From assembly GCA_013239625.1 (NCBI GenBank), contig MU053385.1:32958-96957 (forward strand): a DNA stretch of 64,000 nt. The letters are read 5' to 3'. Position numbers and translations under genes: made by a program. This DNA is from Lama guanicoe. Taxonomy: Eukaryota. The first letter of the stretch is position 1, and the number at the start of each line of letters is the position of its first letter. Shown in pieces: positions 1 to 11,410 of the stretch. The notes beneath the pieces were generated by a model. The model saw nothing but the letters and a program-made list of their open reading frames with translations, did not search any database and was not told the origin of the DNA.

Positions 1-228
1 CCCATAGCCTGAGCACGACCGTGCCCGGCGGGCCCTCCCTCCCCTCCTGGGGCCTGGATCTCCCTCCTCACAGACTCTCAGCCTGTCCAGGAGGCCCCAG
101 GGCTCACCGTCCCTCTGCTCTGGCCTCCTACTGGCCGCCCGCCCCACCACGGGGCAAAAGGCTGACGCCGGTCATCCCCACGCACCCCTGCAACCTCATC
201 ACGACCTGCACGCCTGGGCGTGCGCTCG

Positions 229-255
229 CCCACACGCACACACACGCACACACAG
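229..255. repeat. Imperfect (CA)n microsatellite in IFITM intron
   Basis: cacacgcacacacacgcacacaca; a paralogous CA tract lies at about 6746-6810. Confidence 0.8.
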
Positions 256-345
256 AACTATATGCACAAGGCCTCCCACAGCCCACGTGCCGTCTGGGCA
301 GGGGCCTCGCCGGGCTCACGCTCCTTCCCCCAGGCACCCTCCCAC

Positions 346-594
346 CTTCACAGAGTAGGCGAATGCCACGAAGCCCAGGCAGCACACGTTCAGGAAGAGG
401 GTGTTGAACAGGGACCAGACGATGTGGTCGGGCACGGAGGTCTCACTGCGGATGTTGATCACAGTGGTCGTCACGGGGGCCGGGCTCTGGGAAGCCCCCA
501 GCACCCCCACCTCGTGCTCCTCCTTGAGCATCTCATACGCCGGGGGTATGCCCACGTGGGCACCGGGGAAGGCGGCCTGGGCGACGCGGTTCAT
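346..594 (-). CDS. IFITM3: IFITM3-like interferon-induced transmembrane protein, coding exon 1 (83 aa); exon 2 lies left of the window
   Basis: Translates [29 protein letters not shown]...[30 protein letters not shown], then a GT donor (AAG|GTGGG). CD225 domain, PPxY and Y20 YEML motifs, C71/C72, Kozak ACCATG. Exact paralogue name is uncertain. Confidence 0.92.
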
Positions 595-663
595 GGTGCC
601 AGAAGAGAGAAGCTGCGGTTGGGACGGCGGCACGGTGCTCGGGGGACCCACCCTCTCCCCAGT

Positions 664-715
664 AGTTTCGATTTCTCTAAAATTTCTCTTGCCTGGAGTT
701 TTGGGAAACGGAAAT
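664..715. promoter_or_regulatory. Two ISRE elements upstream of the IFITM3-like gene
   Basis: AGTTTCGATTTCTC (664-677) matches AGTTTCNNTTTCNY; GGAAACGGAAAT (704-715) has the GAAANNGAAA core in the opposite orientation; 70-120 bp upstream of the ATG. Confidence 0.8.
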
Positions 716-1884
716 GGGCTGGTACTGGGGGCGGGCTGAACCGCTGCGTGTCAGGTTACACAGGGGTGGGCGGGAGGGGGGCCGGGGGCTCAGAGGGCGC
801 TTCCTGTCCCAGAGGCTGGAGGTGGCCGAACATTTTCCTTCCTCCCTCCATGGCCTGACTTGGCTGAGATCCCCTGTTTCGAAAAGACAGGTTAACTGGG
901 GAAAAGTAAATATCAGTTGAATAACATGCGTTGCATCCTGTGTACATGGGAGACACCCAGGAAAACTGAGAAACTCCCCGAAATGGCTGAAGCTGCGACA
1001 GGAGGGAGGCAGGCAGGGCACAGCCATTAAAGGAACCACACAGCCATTAGCACCAATATTTCGGGAGGTTTGGTGCCGGTTGATCTTGAGCCTCGCGTGG
1101 GCTCATTGTAAAGTAGGAGCCTGCTGAAGGGCCCTCCCACAGGGGCCGGGGCAGTTCCGAGGCTGACCATAAAAGGTCAAAAAGTGGGCAGCGGCCCCGT
1201 TCCTGGGAACCCCTGCCCCTTCCCCGGAGTGGTTGGAACAACCCTCCCACTTGTCAGCAGGAGCAGCTCGCGAGCCCAGAGAAGCTAGCAACCCCGCGCC
1301 TCGCGGCCTCTGGATCCCTCCCCACGGGAGCAGCCCCACACGCGGTCTAAGGAGTAAATCCACTTTGTCTCAGTCGTGGCTCGATCCGGAATTCTTACCT
1401 GCGAGACGCCAAGGACCCTCACTTGGCGGGGCGCGTCCCAGGGGCTCAGACCCGACATGGGACACGGCCATCCTCTCGCCCCATGTTTTCCTGTATCAGG
1501 GCCACCACCCGAAGTGCCACCTCCACCAGAGACCAATGGCGCTGGGGGGAGAGGCCCGTTGCGGGGGGACCCAGAACAGCACACGAACAAGGGTCCGGCC
1601 TCATGCAGCCCCAAGTCCTGCCTCCTCCAGCCACAAGACTTTCGAGAAAGGAGTCGTCCCCCTTCCTGGCACAAGAGGAGACAGCCTTACAAACAGGTTC
1701 CCTCTGTGCAGTAAATGTCTCTTGCAAAGTGCGACCTTTACTCAGCTTCAGAGCATCTCCGCGGTGTACCCAGCTCCAAATGGTCGATAGGACAAGGAGG
1801 CGTATTTTGGGGTGATGAATTCTGCTTCCCTTCCTACTCAAGTCACTCCTGCCCCAGCCGCCCCCACCCCTATACAGGGGTGTG

Positions 1885-2292
1885 GTCAGGCCCCGGGGGC
1901 TCCTCCCCAGCCTGGGGGTCTGGGGACCCAAGCCTGCTGCAGGCCCTCCCTGCCCCCACGCAGGGCCCTGCCAGCCCCTCACAGCCCCCACACCCCAGCC
2001 CCCAGAGGGAGCAGCGCCCCGGAGCCCGCACCGCAGCTGCACACCCTCCCCTTGACGCGCACTGTGCCGTCCCGGTTCTGAGTCCGAGCTCCAGGCGGGC
2101 TTGGGGGCCTGCCTGGCTGCAGGCGGGCACCCAGAAGCCCGTGTTGCCTGCCCCGGGGGAGCCTCCCATGATCTCCCAAGGGCTCCCACGAGCAGGACAC
2201 TGGGAGCTGCTGACCCGAGGAGGCAGCCGTGGTGGGAGCCCTTTGGCAGCAGCTTCGGGGCCCAGGGCCTGCGTGCTTGTGCGGCCCACCTC
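1885..2292 (+). repeat. About 405-bp direct duplication, copy 1 (upstream of IFITM3-like gene)
   Basis: Nearly base-identical to 7361-7770; the ORF track gives identical translations across both. Confidence 0.95.
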
Positions 2293-5200
2293 TGCTGCCT
2301 CCCTCCTTCCCCCCACCCCTGGCATTTCACACAGGAACTGGGTGTTGGTGGGACAGCTCCTTGGCTGTGGGCCCTATGCCCCCTTCTCAGGGATGGACGG
2401 GGTCAGCTCAGCTCAGGCCAGGACTCAGCTCTGCAGAAACTAACGGATGGCAGCGTCCTGGGTGCCGCCTGCGTCCTTACCACCTGGGTGGAGGAGTGGG
2501 TGGGATGCGATGGTCCAGGCCGGACTGTCCTGCTAGGACCTACGGGCCTCACCCAAGCTGGGTCCAGTGGGCTCAGGGTGGCCAGTGGCCCCCATACCCG
2601 CCCAGAAGGCGGGCCTCTGGCCCTGGGGCCTCCTCCAGCTGTCCAGGTCCTGACCACTTCCGCCGCTGCCCTGGGCTCCCTCACAGGCGTCAGCTGCCCC
2701 CGCCCTGAGCACCTCTGGGCCCACGGACCCAGGCGTTCTCTGTGACCCGCTCCTCGTTTCAAGTCCTCCTCATCTTGAGACACCTGGTGTGGCCTGTTCT
2801 CCTGCTGGGCCACACCGACCCAGAAGGCCGCCCTGATCGCCTGGGCGGACGTGCACGCGTGGGCAGTCTGAGGCCTGGGCCTGGCCCCTGGTCTGGGGTG
2901 AGGTCGGCGGGGGTGGGGCGGACGCCCGCAGGCCCTGACGCGCTGCCCCTGCCTGCGTCTGGGATGATGCTCCAGCCGAGGCTGTTCCCTCCAGCAGCGC
3001 GACATCCGTGTTTGTGGCCGGTGCGGGGCCGTAGCTCTGCCCTGGGCAGCCTTCCACCAGGTGGCGGACCCAGCGGACAGAAGAGGCCTCCAGTGCAGAG
3101 GTGACCATGGGCCGTGGGGAATTTAATCGCCACAGCTGTGCTTTGGGAAATGCTGACTTTTCTCCTACATAATTGATATGATTCATAGTTTAGCCGATTT
3201 AATTTTCAGTATGGCTGTGCTTCGAATCAGCTCACAACATTGCCGTAAGTGGGCACCTGTGCCCAAAACCTGGATTTTATCCTGAAAGTAGGGTGTTCAT
3301 GTCTCACCCTTCCTTCCTGGTCCCCTGCCTCCATCCCAGCCCCTGGTCCTCACCTCCCACCTTCTCCCATCAGCTCCTGGAAGGTGGCCACAACCTTTGT
3401 CCCCTCTGTTCTGTTAGCGTCCAGTTCTCCCCACAGAGCGAGTGGCCGGTGTCCCGCTCCGGGTCTGCCCACGGGAACCCTCCCCTCCGGGTGTTCAGGC
3501 CACCCTTCATGAGCTGGGGCGCCAGCCCCATCTGTGTCCAGCTCTCTCCCTCACTCTGGCAAAACCAAGCTGGGAATTCTTCCCATCCTTCCCATCTTCT
3601 GGTCCCCAGGGTCCCCCGCAGCCCGGGCGGGAGCAGGGCACAGGCACTGGGAAGCCCCGGTGGTGACTCGGGGTCAGGACAGCCTTGCCTGTTTGACCTG
3701 GGATGTTCCACTTCCATCCTCAAAGGCCCAGCTGCTCGGGGCACCCCAGCCTCCCTCTGGGTGGGCCTGACACAACCCTCCTGTGGCAGACAGTTCCGCC
3801 GCCAGCTCCCCAGGCAGCCCGTGTCCAGCGTTAGAGGTAGGCAGGAAAGACCACCTCCACCAGATCCCTGTCCACACGCCCAGCCCCGGGGCCGGGCTGG
3901 TGTCCGTCTGGCACAGCAGCTGCGCTTGGACTCCCACGGGCTGATCGGCCGCCATCCACCGCGCCCGACAGGACTGTCTGGGTCTGGGCTCAGACTGGTC
4001 AGTGACATGGAGGAGTGTGTCGGGGGCACCCCGCTCCCACTGGGCTTTGAGGTGGCGCGATTGCTGCTCCCTCCCAGGGTGGGATATGGTTCTGGTATTT
4101 CCCCTGCTAGGGTGGGTGTTGGGGCGCAATTCCAGACGTCCCCACCAGCCAGCCCCACGACCCTGGCTCTCACCCAGAAGCCACGGGCCCAGGGTGCGGA
4201 CGTGCAGACCTCCCCGGATGTGTCCTCCCGTCCCACCCCCGCAGTGGAGATGCCAGCTGGATGGGGACGGGCCCCACGGAGAGCCTGATTAAAGCCTGGA
4301 GGCCCCTGATTCTTTGGACCCAGGTGCCTCACACGAAAGGGGGCCACACTGTGTTGTGGAGACACCGACCCAGGCCCCGAGCCCAGCTCTTCCTAAGACA
4401 TCAGGAAACCCACAGCCATGACCCCATTTCCCGGGACCTGCCACACGCTCCCTTGGAGACAGCTCGAGGGATGTGCCCTCTCCTGCCCCCGAGGGGATCA
4501 GGTCCAAAGACCAGCTCAAAACAGAGGCAAGGTCTTGAGCTGACAAGAGATTTGCCCCACGTCCTGGTCTGCCGTTGTTGCTTCCTTGGCTGCTGGAAGC
4601 CGAGGGCACCCTGGTGCCCGTCCTCCTGCTGTGCCCCGAGGGACACATCCGTGACTGTGTCCAGAACTCTCTGCCGTGGGCCCATGGGAGATGGCGACCC
4701 CAGCCCCCACCTCCAACAACTCGTCTGCTTCCCAGCGTCCGCCTGGGTGCAGGGGAGGCCGCCCCCAACCTCTGGGTTGGCACAGGCATTTGGTGGGTTT
4801 CCCAGCGTCACGCGCTCTGTCCTTGGAGTCGGGAAGGAAAGCCCAGCTGGAGGGTGAGGTGGGCGGTCACCCCAAGGGGCTCCAGGAAAGGTGGGCATGT
4901 GCAGCCCGTGGAGGTGGGTATGAGACCACGCACAGGAGGCCCAGGCTGTGGAAGAGCTGGAAGGAGAGTCTGTGGGGTCCAGACCCCGGCCCGCCTGCCC
5001 TCCCCACCAGCCGGGGTCACCATCACACGTGGCGCCCCCTCCCCTAGCCGGGGTCCCAGCTGTCCCCCGGCCCCTCCCTGCCTCGGAGTCCTTCCCAGAC
5101 CCAGCGTGGCGGTTCCACCAGGCTCCGCTCTTCCAGGACCCACTCTCCCTGGGGCTGTGCCCCCTCGAACTCACACACCTGGGACGCCTGGGGGGCGGGT

Positions 5201-5977
5201 ACTCCCCATGGCCCACCCTGGCACCCCTACCCAGCAGCCACTTCTGAGGGTTGGGGGATGCAGGGCCGAGTGAGGAGAGTGACGGGTGAGCTCAAGACGG
5301 ACGGGGTGGGGAAAGGGCCAGGTGCACCTCAGCGCCCCCCACAGTCCAGCTGGTTGTGGGCAGTCTGCCCTGGGGCACCCCAAGTGCCCACTCGTCCTGG
5401 GCAGGGAGGGAACCAGGAAGGCAGCTGATCTCCTGGTCAGGGCAGTTCTGCAGGAAGTTAGCCAGGACCAGACTGCCTGGCGCTGAGGATGGGTCCTGCT
5501 CGCTCCTCCAGCTGCCTGTCCTTCCCTCCACCCTTCCGGAGGAGCCGGGACCGAGCCTGCGGGCTGGAGGAGCAGCAGCAGGGTGCAGCGGCAGCTGGAC
5601 GTCACCCCGGGCGGGAGACAGGTACACCTACAGGCACAAAAGCCAGTCGTCTTCCCAGAGGGTCTGAGCTGCCCGCAGCCCCCCTGCACCGCTGCTCCCA
5701 GCAGCTGAGAGTCAGGGAGGCTACCCTAAGGGCCAAGGGTGTTCTGGACACAGAGTGCCCTTCCTTGGGCAAGGAGAGACCCCTCTCCGAGGACCCTGTC
5801 CCAGCCGTTGCTCCTAGCAGGGCCCAGAAACCAGCGGAGTCTGGTGATGCGCCCTCCCACCTCCAAACAGAGCAGCAGATGGGCAAGGGAGGGGAGACTA
5901 AGCCTCAGGGGCAGTCTGGGGACGCCTAGCAGGGCCCCTCCCCAGGGACATCACAGCACCGCCACGTACAAGTGCAC

Positions 5978-5983
5978 TTTACT
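5978..5983 (-). terminator. Variant polyadenylation signal AGTAAA of the second IFITM copy
   Basis: Minus strand AGTAAAGTGCAC about 110 nt past the stop, where IFITM 3' UTRs carry AATAAAGTGCAC (recalled). Confidence 0.6.
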
Positions 5984-6090
5984 GAATCCAGCTGTCTTCG
6001 GGGATGGGGGAGACAGGGCCCACCGCCCCAGGGGCAGGACTTGGGCCGTGGCCATGGCCCACTAGTGGTGGCCTCCCTGTTGCCTTAAAT

Positions 6091-6255
6091 CTAAATGTAC
6101 ACTCTGAAACTGAACCATAAGCGAGTGGAGAGAAAAACGATGACTCCAATGGTCCCGAGGATGCTCAGCATCAGGGCCCAGACGTTCAGGCACTTGGCAG
6201 TGGCGGCATGGCTCTGGGCCCCAAAGACGTCGCCCACCATCTTCCGGTCCCTGGA
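6091..6255 (-). CDS. IFITM paralogue 2, coding exon 2
   Basis: Acceptor cccCAG|TCC; translates [54 protein letters not shown], the conserved intracellular loop plus TM helix. Confidence 0.88.
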   Translation of the reverse strand, partial: SRDRKMVGDVFGAQSHAATAKCLNVWALMLSILGTIGVIVFLSTRLWFSFRVYI

Positions 6256-6888
6256 CTGGGGGAGGAGAGATGGTGAGGGGGACCTGGGGCCGGGCCGGGT
6301 GAAGGCCAGGTGCCAAGACTCAGGTCCTCCCTGCTGGTCCCCCGGTGTCCATTCACCCATTGGGGACCCACCCCTGCCCGTCCCCCCACAGCCTGAGCAC
6401 GACCGTGCCCGGCGGGCCCTCCCTCCCCTCCTGGGGCCTGGATCTCCCTCCTCACAGACTCTCAGCCTGTCCAGGAGGCCCCAGGGCTCACCCCCCCTCT
6501 GCTCTGGCCCCTTCCCTGGCCAATCACCCCACCAGGGGTCAGCATACTTATAGTCAGTGCCTGTTCTCTCTCCTAGACCAGACTGGAGGTCTGAGTCTGA
6601 ACCATGAGGGTGTGGCTTCTCTAATTAGTCTGAGAAGGAGAACTTCCCGGGTGGTGGAGACAGAGCACCTACGCCCCGACCCCCGCTCTCCTGCTGGGCA
6701 TACCTGCAGCCCCATCGTGACCGCTCACTGGGAATGATACCCCAAGACACACCCCCCCACACACACCCACACACGCACCCACACACACACACACACGCGC
6801 GGACACACACAAGGCCTCCCACAGCCCACGTGCCGTCTGGGCAGGGGCCTCTCCGGGCTCACGCTCTTTCCCCCAGGCACCCTCCTAC

Positions 6889-7068
6889 CTTCACGGAGTA
6901 GGCAAATGCCGCGAAGCCCAGGCAGAACCAGTTCATGAAGAGGGTGTTGAACAGGGACCAGACGACGTAGTCTCGTCCAGGGGTCTCCGTCTGCATGCTG
7001 ATCACGGTGCTCGTCATGGGGGCTGAGCCTTGGGGCGCCCCCATCTCGACCTCCTTCTCTGTGTACAT
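6889..7068 (-). CDS. IFITM paralogue 2 (N-terminally short, IFITM1-like, 114 aa total, possibly a decaying copy), coding exon 1
   Basis: [60 protein letters not shown], then AAG|GTAGG donor; joins exon 2 in frame. Confidence 0.85.
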
Positions 7069-7360
7069 GTCTTAGGGTGGTGGGATGCAGGCTTGGGCGC
7101 CAGTGAAGGAGGGCTGGAAAGTGCACTTATAATGCCGAGCCCTGACCATTGTTGGGGTATCCCCGGATGCTGTAGGGCGGTCCCTCGTAGAGCTCAGCCC
7201 CCATCTCAGTCGGAAGTTCTGCTTTCTCAGAAATTTCCAGTTCCTGTTATTTTGTAAATGGGTGAATTGGCTGTCCACTCAGGATGGGTGGGGGAGTGCT
7301 GCAGTCTAAGCGATGGCTTCCTGTCCCAGGCATTCGAGTCAGGGCCTGTTTAGGGATGTA

Positions 7361-7770
7361 GTCAGGCCCCGGGGGCTCCTCCCCAGCCTGGGGGTTCTGG
7401 GGACCCAAGCCTGCTGCAGGCCCTCCCTGCCCCCACGCAGGGCCCTGCCAGCCCCTCACAGCCCCCACACCCCAGCCCCCAGAGGGAGCAGCGCCCCGGA
7501 GCCCGCACCGCAGCTGCACACCCTCCCCTTGACGCGCACTGTGCCGTCCCGGTTCTGAGTCCGAGCTCCAGGCGGGCTTGGGGGCCTGCCTGGCTGCAGG
7601 CGGGCACCCAGAAGCCCGTGTTGCCTGCCCCGGGGGAGCCTCCCATGATCTCCCAAGGGCTCCCACGAGCAGGACACTGGGAGCTGCTGACCCGAGGAGG
7701 CAGCCGTGGTGGGAGCCCTTTGGCAGCAGCTTCGGGGCCCAGGGCCTGCGTGCTTGTGCGGCCCCACCTC
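7361..7770 (+). repeat. About 405-bp direct duplication, copy 2 (upstream of IFITM paralogue 2)
   Basis: Nearly identical to 1885-2292. Confidence 0.95.
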
Positions 7771-8279
7771 CGCTGCTCCCCACTCCCCAGGCATCTCACA
7801 TAAGGGCCGTGGAGCTTGAGGGCGAGGATGGAAGGGCCTGGAGGGCGCCACACCCAGAGAGGCCTCCGGAAGGGGCAGTGCGTACCGCTGGCCAGAGCCT
7901 CTCCGGATTGCGGGCTTTCCTCTTCCTGCCTCTGCCCACCCCCACGGAAGGATGGGGACATCAGAGCAGAGAGAGGTGTGTGTCTTGTGTCGGGTTGTTC
8001 CTGTGACTCAGGGGCAATGCCCACTGTGCTGTTTCCCCCTAACAGCTAAGTGATGCACCTTGCAGGCCTGGCCCCGCCCCCACCCCTTCTGCAACCCCCT
8101 TTCCTGTCTGCCTCTCTCCCAGCCCTCTGGCTTGGCTCTCTGAGAGCCCCTTCCAGGTCAGGCGCAGCCTCTCTCCCGGAGCACCAGCACCGCCGCGCCC
8201 ACCCCACCGAGGTCATGACTCCCTGGCTTTGCTGTGTGCGTTCCAGCTTTTCTCGTTCCCACGCGTGTTTCCCCATCCA

Positions 8280-11100
8280 CGTGTGGGTTAGACTGAGCAG
8301 AACGGACGTAAGTTAAACCTGGGCACTATGGTTTAATCTTGCCCGTTTGAACTTATGTCAGTGAGACGACGCTGCTTTCATCGGTGCCTGTCGTCCATCA
8401 CTCGGCACAACACGCCCAGGCTCGCACAGGCTGCAGCTGCGGTCACTTGTCCTGATTTGTGCTGCGTTCTATGATGTTGCCACGGCTCGTCTGCCGTGCT
8501 GTCGATGCCCAGGGACGAAGCTGCCGTGAGCGTCCGTGTGTGCCGGGGGGTGGGGGGGTCCCTGCACATGAATTTGCTTTTCAGTTGGATGTGTGCCTCC
8601 CACTTCAGCGGGCCAGACCGGACTTTTCCACAGGGGTTGTCACAGTGCATCCTCCCACAGCAGGCTTGAGCGTCCCCCTGACTCCGAGGGTAGCCGCTCT
8701 GTGGGGAGTGTGATGCCGTCTCTTTGCAGCTTCCTTTGGTATGGTGAATTAGGTTGTGGCAATTATCTATTGCCACAATGAGGTTGCACAATGAGCAACC
8801 ACAAAACCTCAGTGGTATTTATCAAGAAGCACCTGCTTTTGCCCAAGACTCCGGGAGCCTCAGTGGACCTGGACCAGCCTCGATGGCCAGGCTCACCATC
8901 GCCCACTGTCAGCTGCAGGTTGAGGGGACAGTTCCAGCTCTCCATGGGCTTGCTCATCCTCCAGGGTGTTTGGCTGGGTTGGTTCTTAGAGCCACGGCAG
9001 GGTCCCCGCGAGAGCAGGGGTGTGGGGCTGGCGGGCTCTCGGAACTGGCCGTGTCTCTTTCACCACATTCATTACCTGGACAAGCGTGGAAGTTGTTTGC
9101 AAAAATGACCCCAGATCTTTGTTGAGGGGGGCCACTTCTGCAATCAACCTTTTGGAGAAGTGTGGCCCCTTTCCTTATGTTTGCGCCACAGAAATACCCA
9201 GTGTTTGCCCGTAAGCTTTGCATCCAGCAAGCTCGCCAGACACTCTTACTGACTCTAACAGTATCTCCACTCTGTCTGATGTTGATTATTGTGTGATTTC
9301 ATCTGACAGCTTGACTATTCCAACAGTCCTGTCCTCTTATTTCAGCGGTTACCTTGTGGAGCATGAAGCACCTCTGTGGCGGTTGCACAATATGAGACCC
9401 TCGGGCGCTCTCACCTGCTCGACAGCCACGGGCCTTGGAGCTGCTCCCCACCCCTCCGTCCTGTCCGATCCTCCATCCGGATCACTTTCCTTCCACACGA
9501 AGACGCCCTTTAGTGGGGCCTTGCTGGTGGCCAAGGCCCCTCGATTTTTGCTTCCCTAAAAATACTTTATTCCACCTCGTTCTTGAAGAGTACTTTCACG
9601 TGGTGAAGACACCGCCGCACTGTCCTCTGCTTCTGCTGCCACTGCGACGTCAGCTGCCAGGTCACCTCCACTCTCCTCAGGAAACCTGTGCTTGTGTCAG
9701 GCCGCTTGTGACTTCGTGTTCACCGGCCGGTCTCCGCGGTTTCACTGTCACGTGTGGAGCTGGGGGTTCATTTTCACTTATTCTGGAGGAGACCCCCTCA
9801 GGTCGTCCACTTCTGTGGGTTGGTGTCTCCCAGCAGTTTGGGGGAGTTCTCATTGTCTTCAAATCTTGCTTCTCCTCTACCCTCCACTCTGCTCCACTCC
9901 TTCTGGAATGCAAATCAGACGTGCTGGAGCAGCTTTCACTCTGGCTGCAGTGTCTCACATGCTTGTCTGCAGCTTCCTCCCGTCTTCTCGGCGTGAGGCC
10001 GTTGAGCCAGCGGCCCTGGGTTCCGGGTCTGGGACGGCGTCTGCCCCGGGGAGGCCCCGATGCTCCGACGAGCACCTGGAATCCCTTGTCCAGCTTCAGA
10101 GACTGAGGTTTCTCCGTGTTTCCAGATGCTTCACTAAGCTGTGTCTCTTCCTGCATCTCTGTCTTGACCTCACATGACAGTCCTCCTGTCGGGTCTGACT
10201 TCGTCGTATTTTCCCTATTTGCTGTCTGCGTTCTTCTTTCTGTTCTTGTTTTTGTTGATGTTCATGGGATGGACCTTGTTTCCACTTGTAACTGTTAGAA
10301 GAAGTCGCATTTGTTCATGTTCTCACCAAACACGCACTAAGCACCCGCCTCGCCGAGAGCCGTCTTGGTGGTGGGCATGCACGCCCTGCACCTTCGCTCT
10401 CAGGTGCCCCTCCCCTGTCCTCCCGTCACGCTGGCGTCACCCAGTTTTAAGTGGAGTTTGTGTGGCCTGGGTGCCTTCCTTTCGCCCTTTGTCCCAGCCT
10501 CTCGGTTGGTGGCGGTTTGTTCCTAAAGCAGGAACAGACTTTGCAAAGGCATTCGGGTCCCTCACTTCCTCCATGGCCCCCGGATTTTCATGAGTTTGTT
10601 TTTGTTTTCTTCAGTTGCTCCTCCAAGAATGTTCTCTCTGTAGGTGTTTGGGAGGGGCCCATTTTGAGGCTTTATGGAACTATCTTTATTATACTCTTAC
10701 ATTTGCATGACAATTTGGCTGGATGTTAAAGTCCAGATTTTTTCCTTTCAACTCCTTAAAATATCACCCTGTATCTTCTTATACGATCTGCTCAGAAATC
10801 TGGTATCAGTGTGATTCTTGCTCCCCTGCAGGTGGTCTGCTCTTCCTCTCTGCAGCTTCGTCTTTCTGGAAACTTTTCTCTGATACTCACAAGTTTCACT
10901 TCAGCGCGTCTAAGTGTGGGTTATTTCTTCTTTTGCCCCTTGTGGTCTTTCAGCCTGAAGCTCTTCATCCTTCTTAGATTCTGGGGAGTTTAACTTCGTT
11001 GTTTCTTCAAGTATTTCTTCCTCTGCACTTCAGTCCTCCTTCTGTTTCAGTACACGAGGCACTTCTGCTTCTTTTCCGGACGCCTCTCGGTCCCACTGGC
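8280..11100 (-). mobile_element. Old degraded L1M fragments with an MLT1-type (MaLR) LTR fragment near 8755-9100
   Basis: T-rich antisense L1-like text; MLT1-like 'tctattgccacaatgagg...accacaaaacctcagtgg'; boundaries approximate. Confidence 0.45.
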
Positions 11101-11214
11101 ATCCCCACTCTTGCGTCTCCCACTTACGTCCCAGGACAGCGACTGACCCTCCACACACTCACCTGCCCTTGGAGGGTCCCGCCCACTTGTAATTCTGGTC
11201 ACAGGAAGGCTGGT

Positions 11215-11410
11215 AAAAGCCAGGCCTCCAGGCACTGTTCTAAACGCTTCACTTGTGTTAACAGACTTAAGCCTCTAACCTGATCAGATAAGTGCTCTTA
11301 TTGCCCCCATTTTAGAAGAGAAGAAACGGAGGCCCAGAGACGGATGTCGCCCAGCTGGACAGCAGCGGGACTTTGGCACCGAGGCAGGCTGGCTCTAGGC
11401 TTCAGCCATG
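11215..11410 (-). mobile_element. MIR SINE
   Basis: MIR core 'cccattttagaagagaagaaacggaggcccagaga' preceded by 'caggcactgttctaaacgcttcac'. Confidence 0.75.

Noticed and set aside
1233..5929. Many long overlapping ORFs (up to 331 aa) between the IFITM copies
   Set aside because: Pro/Gly/Arg/Ala-rich translations in all six frames are expected in GC-rich DNA; no domain similarity or exon structure.
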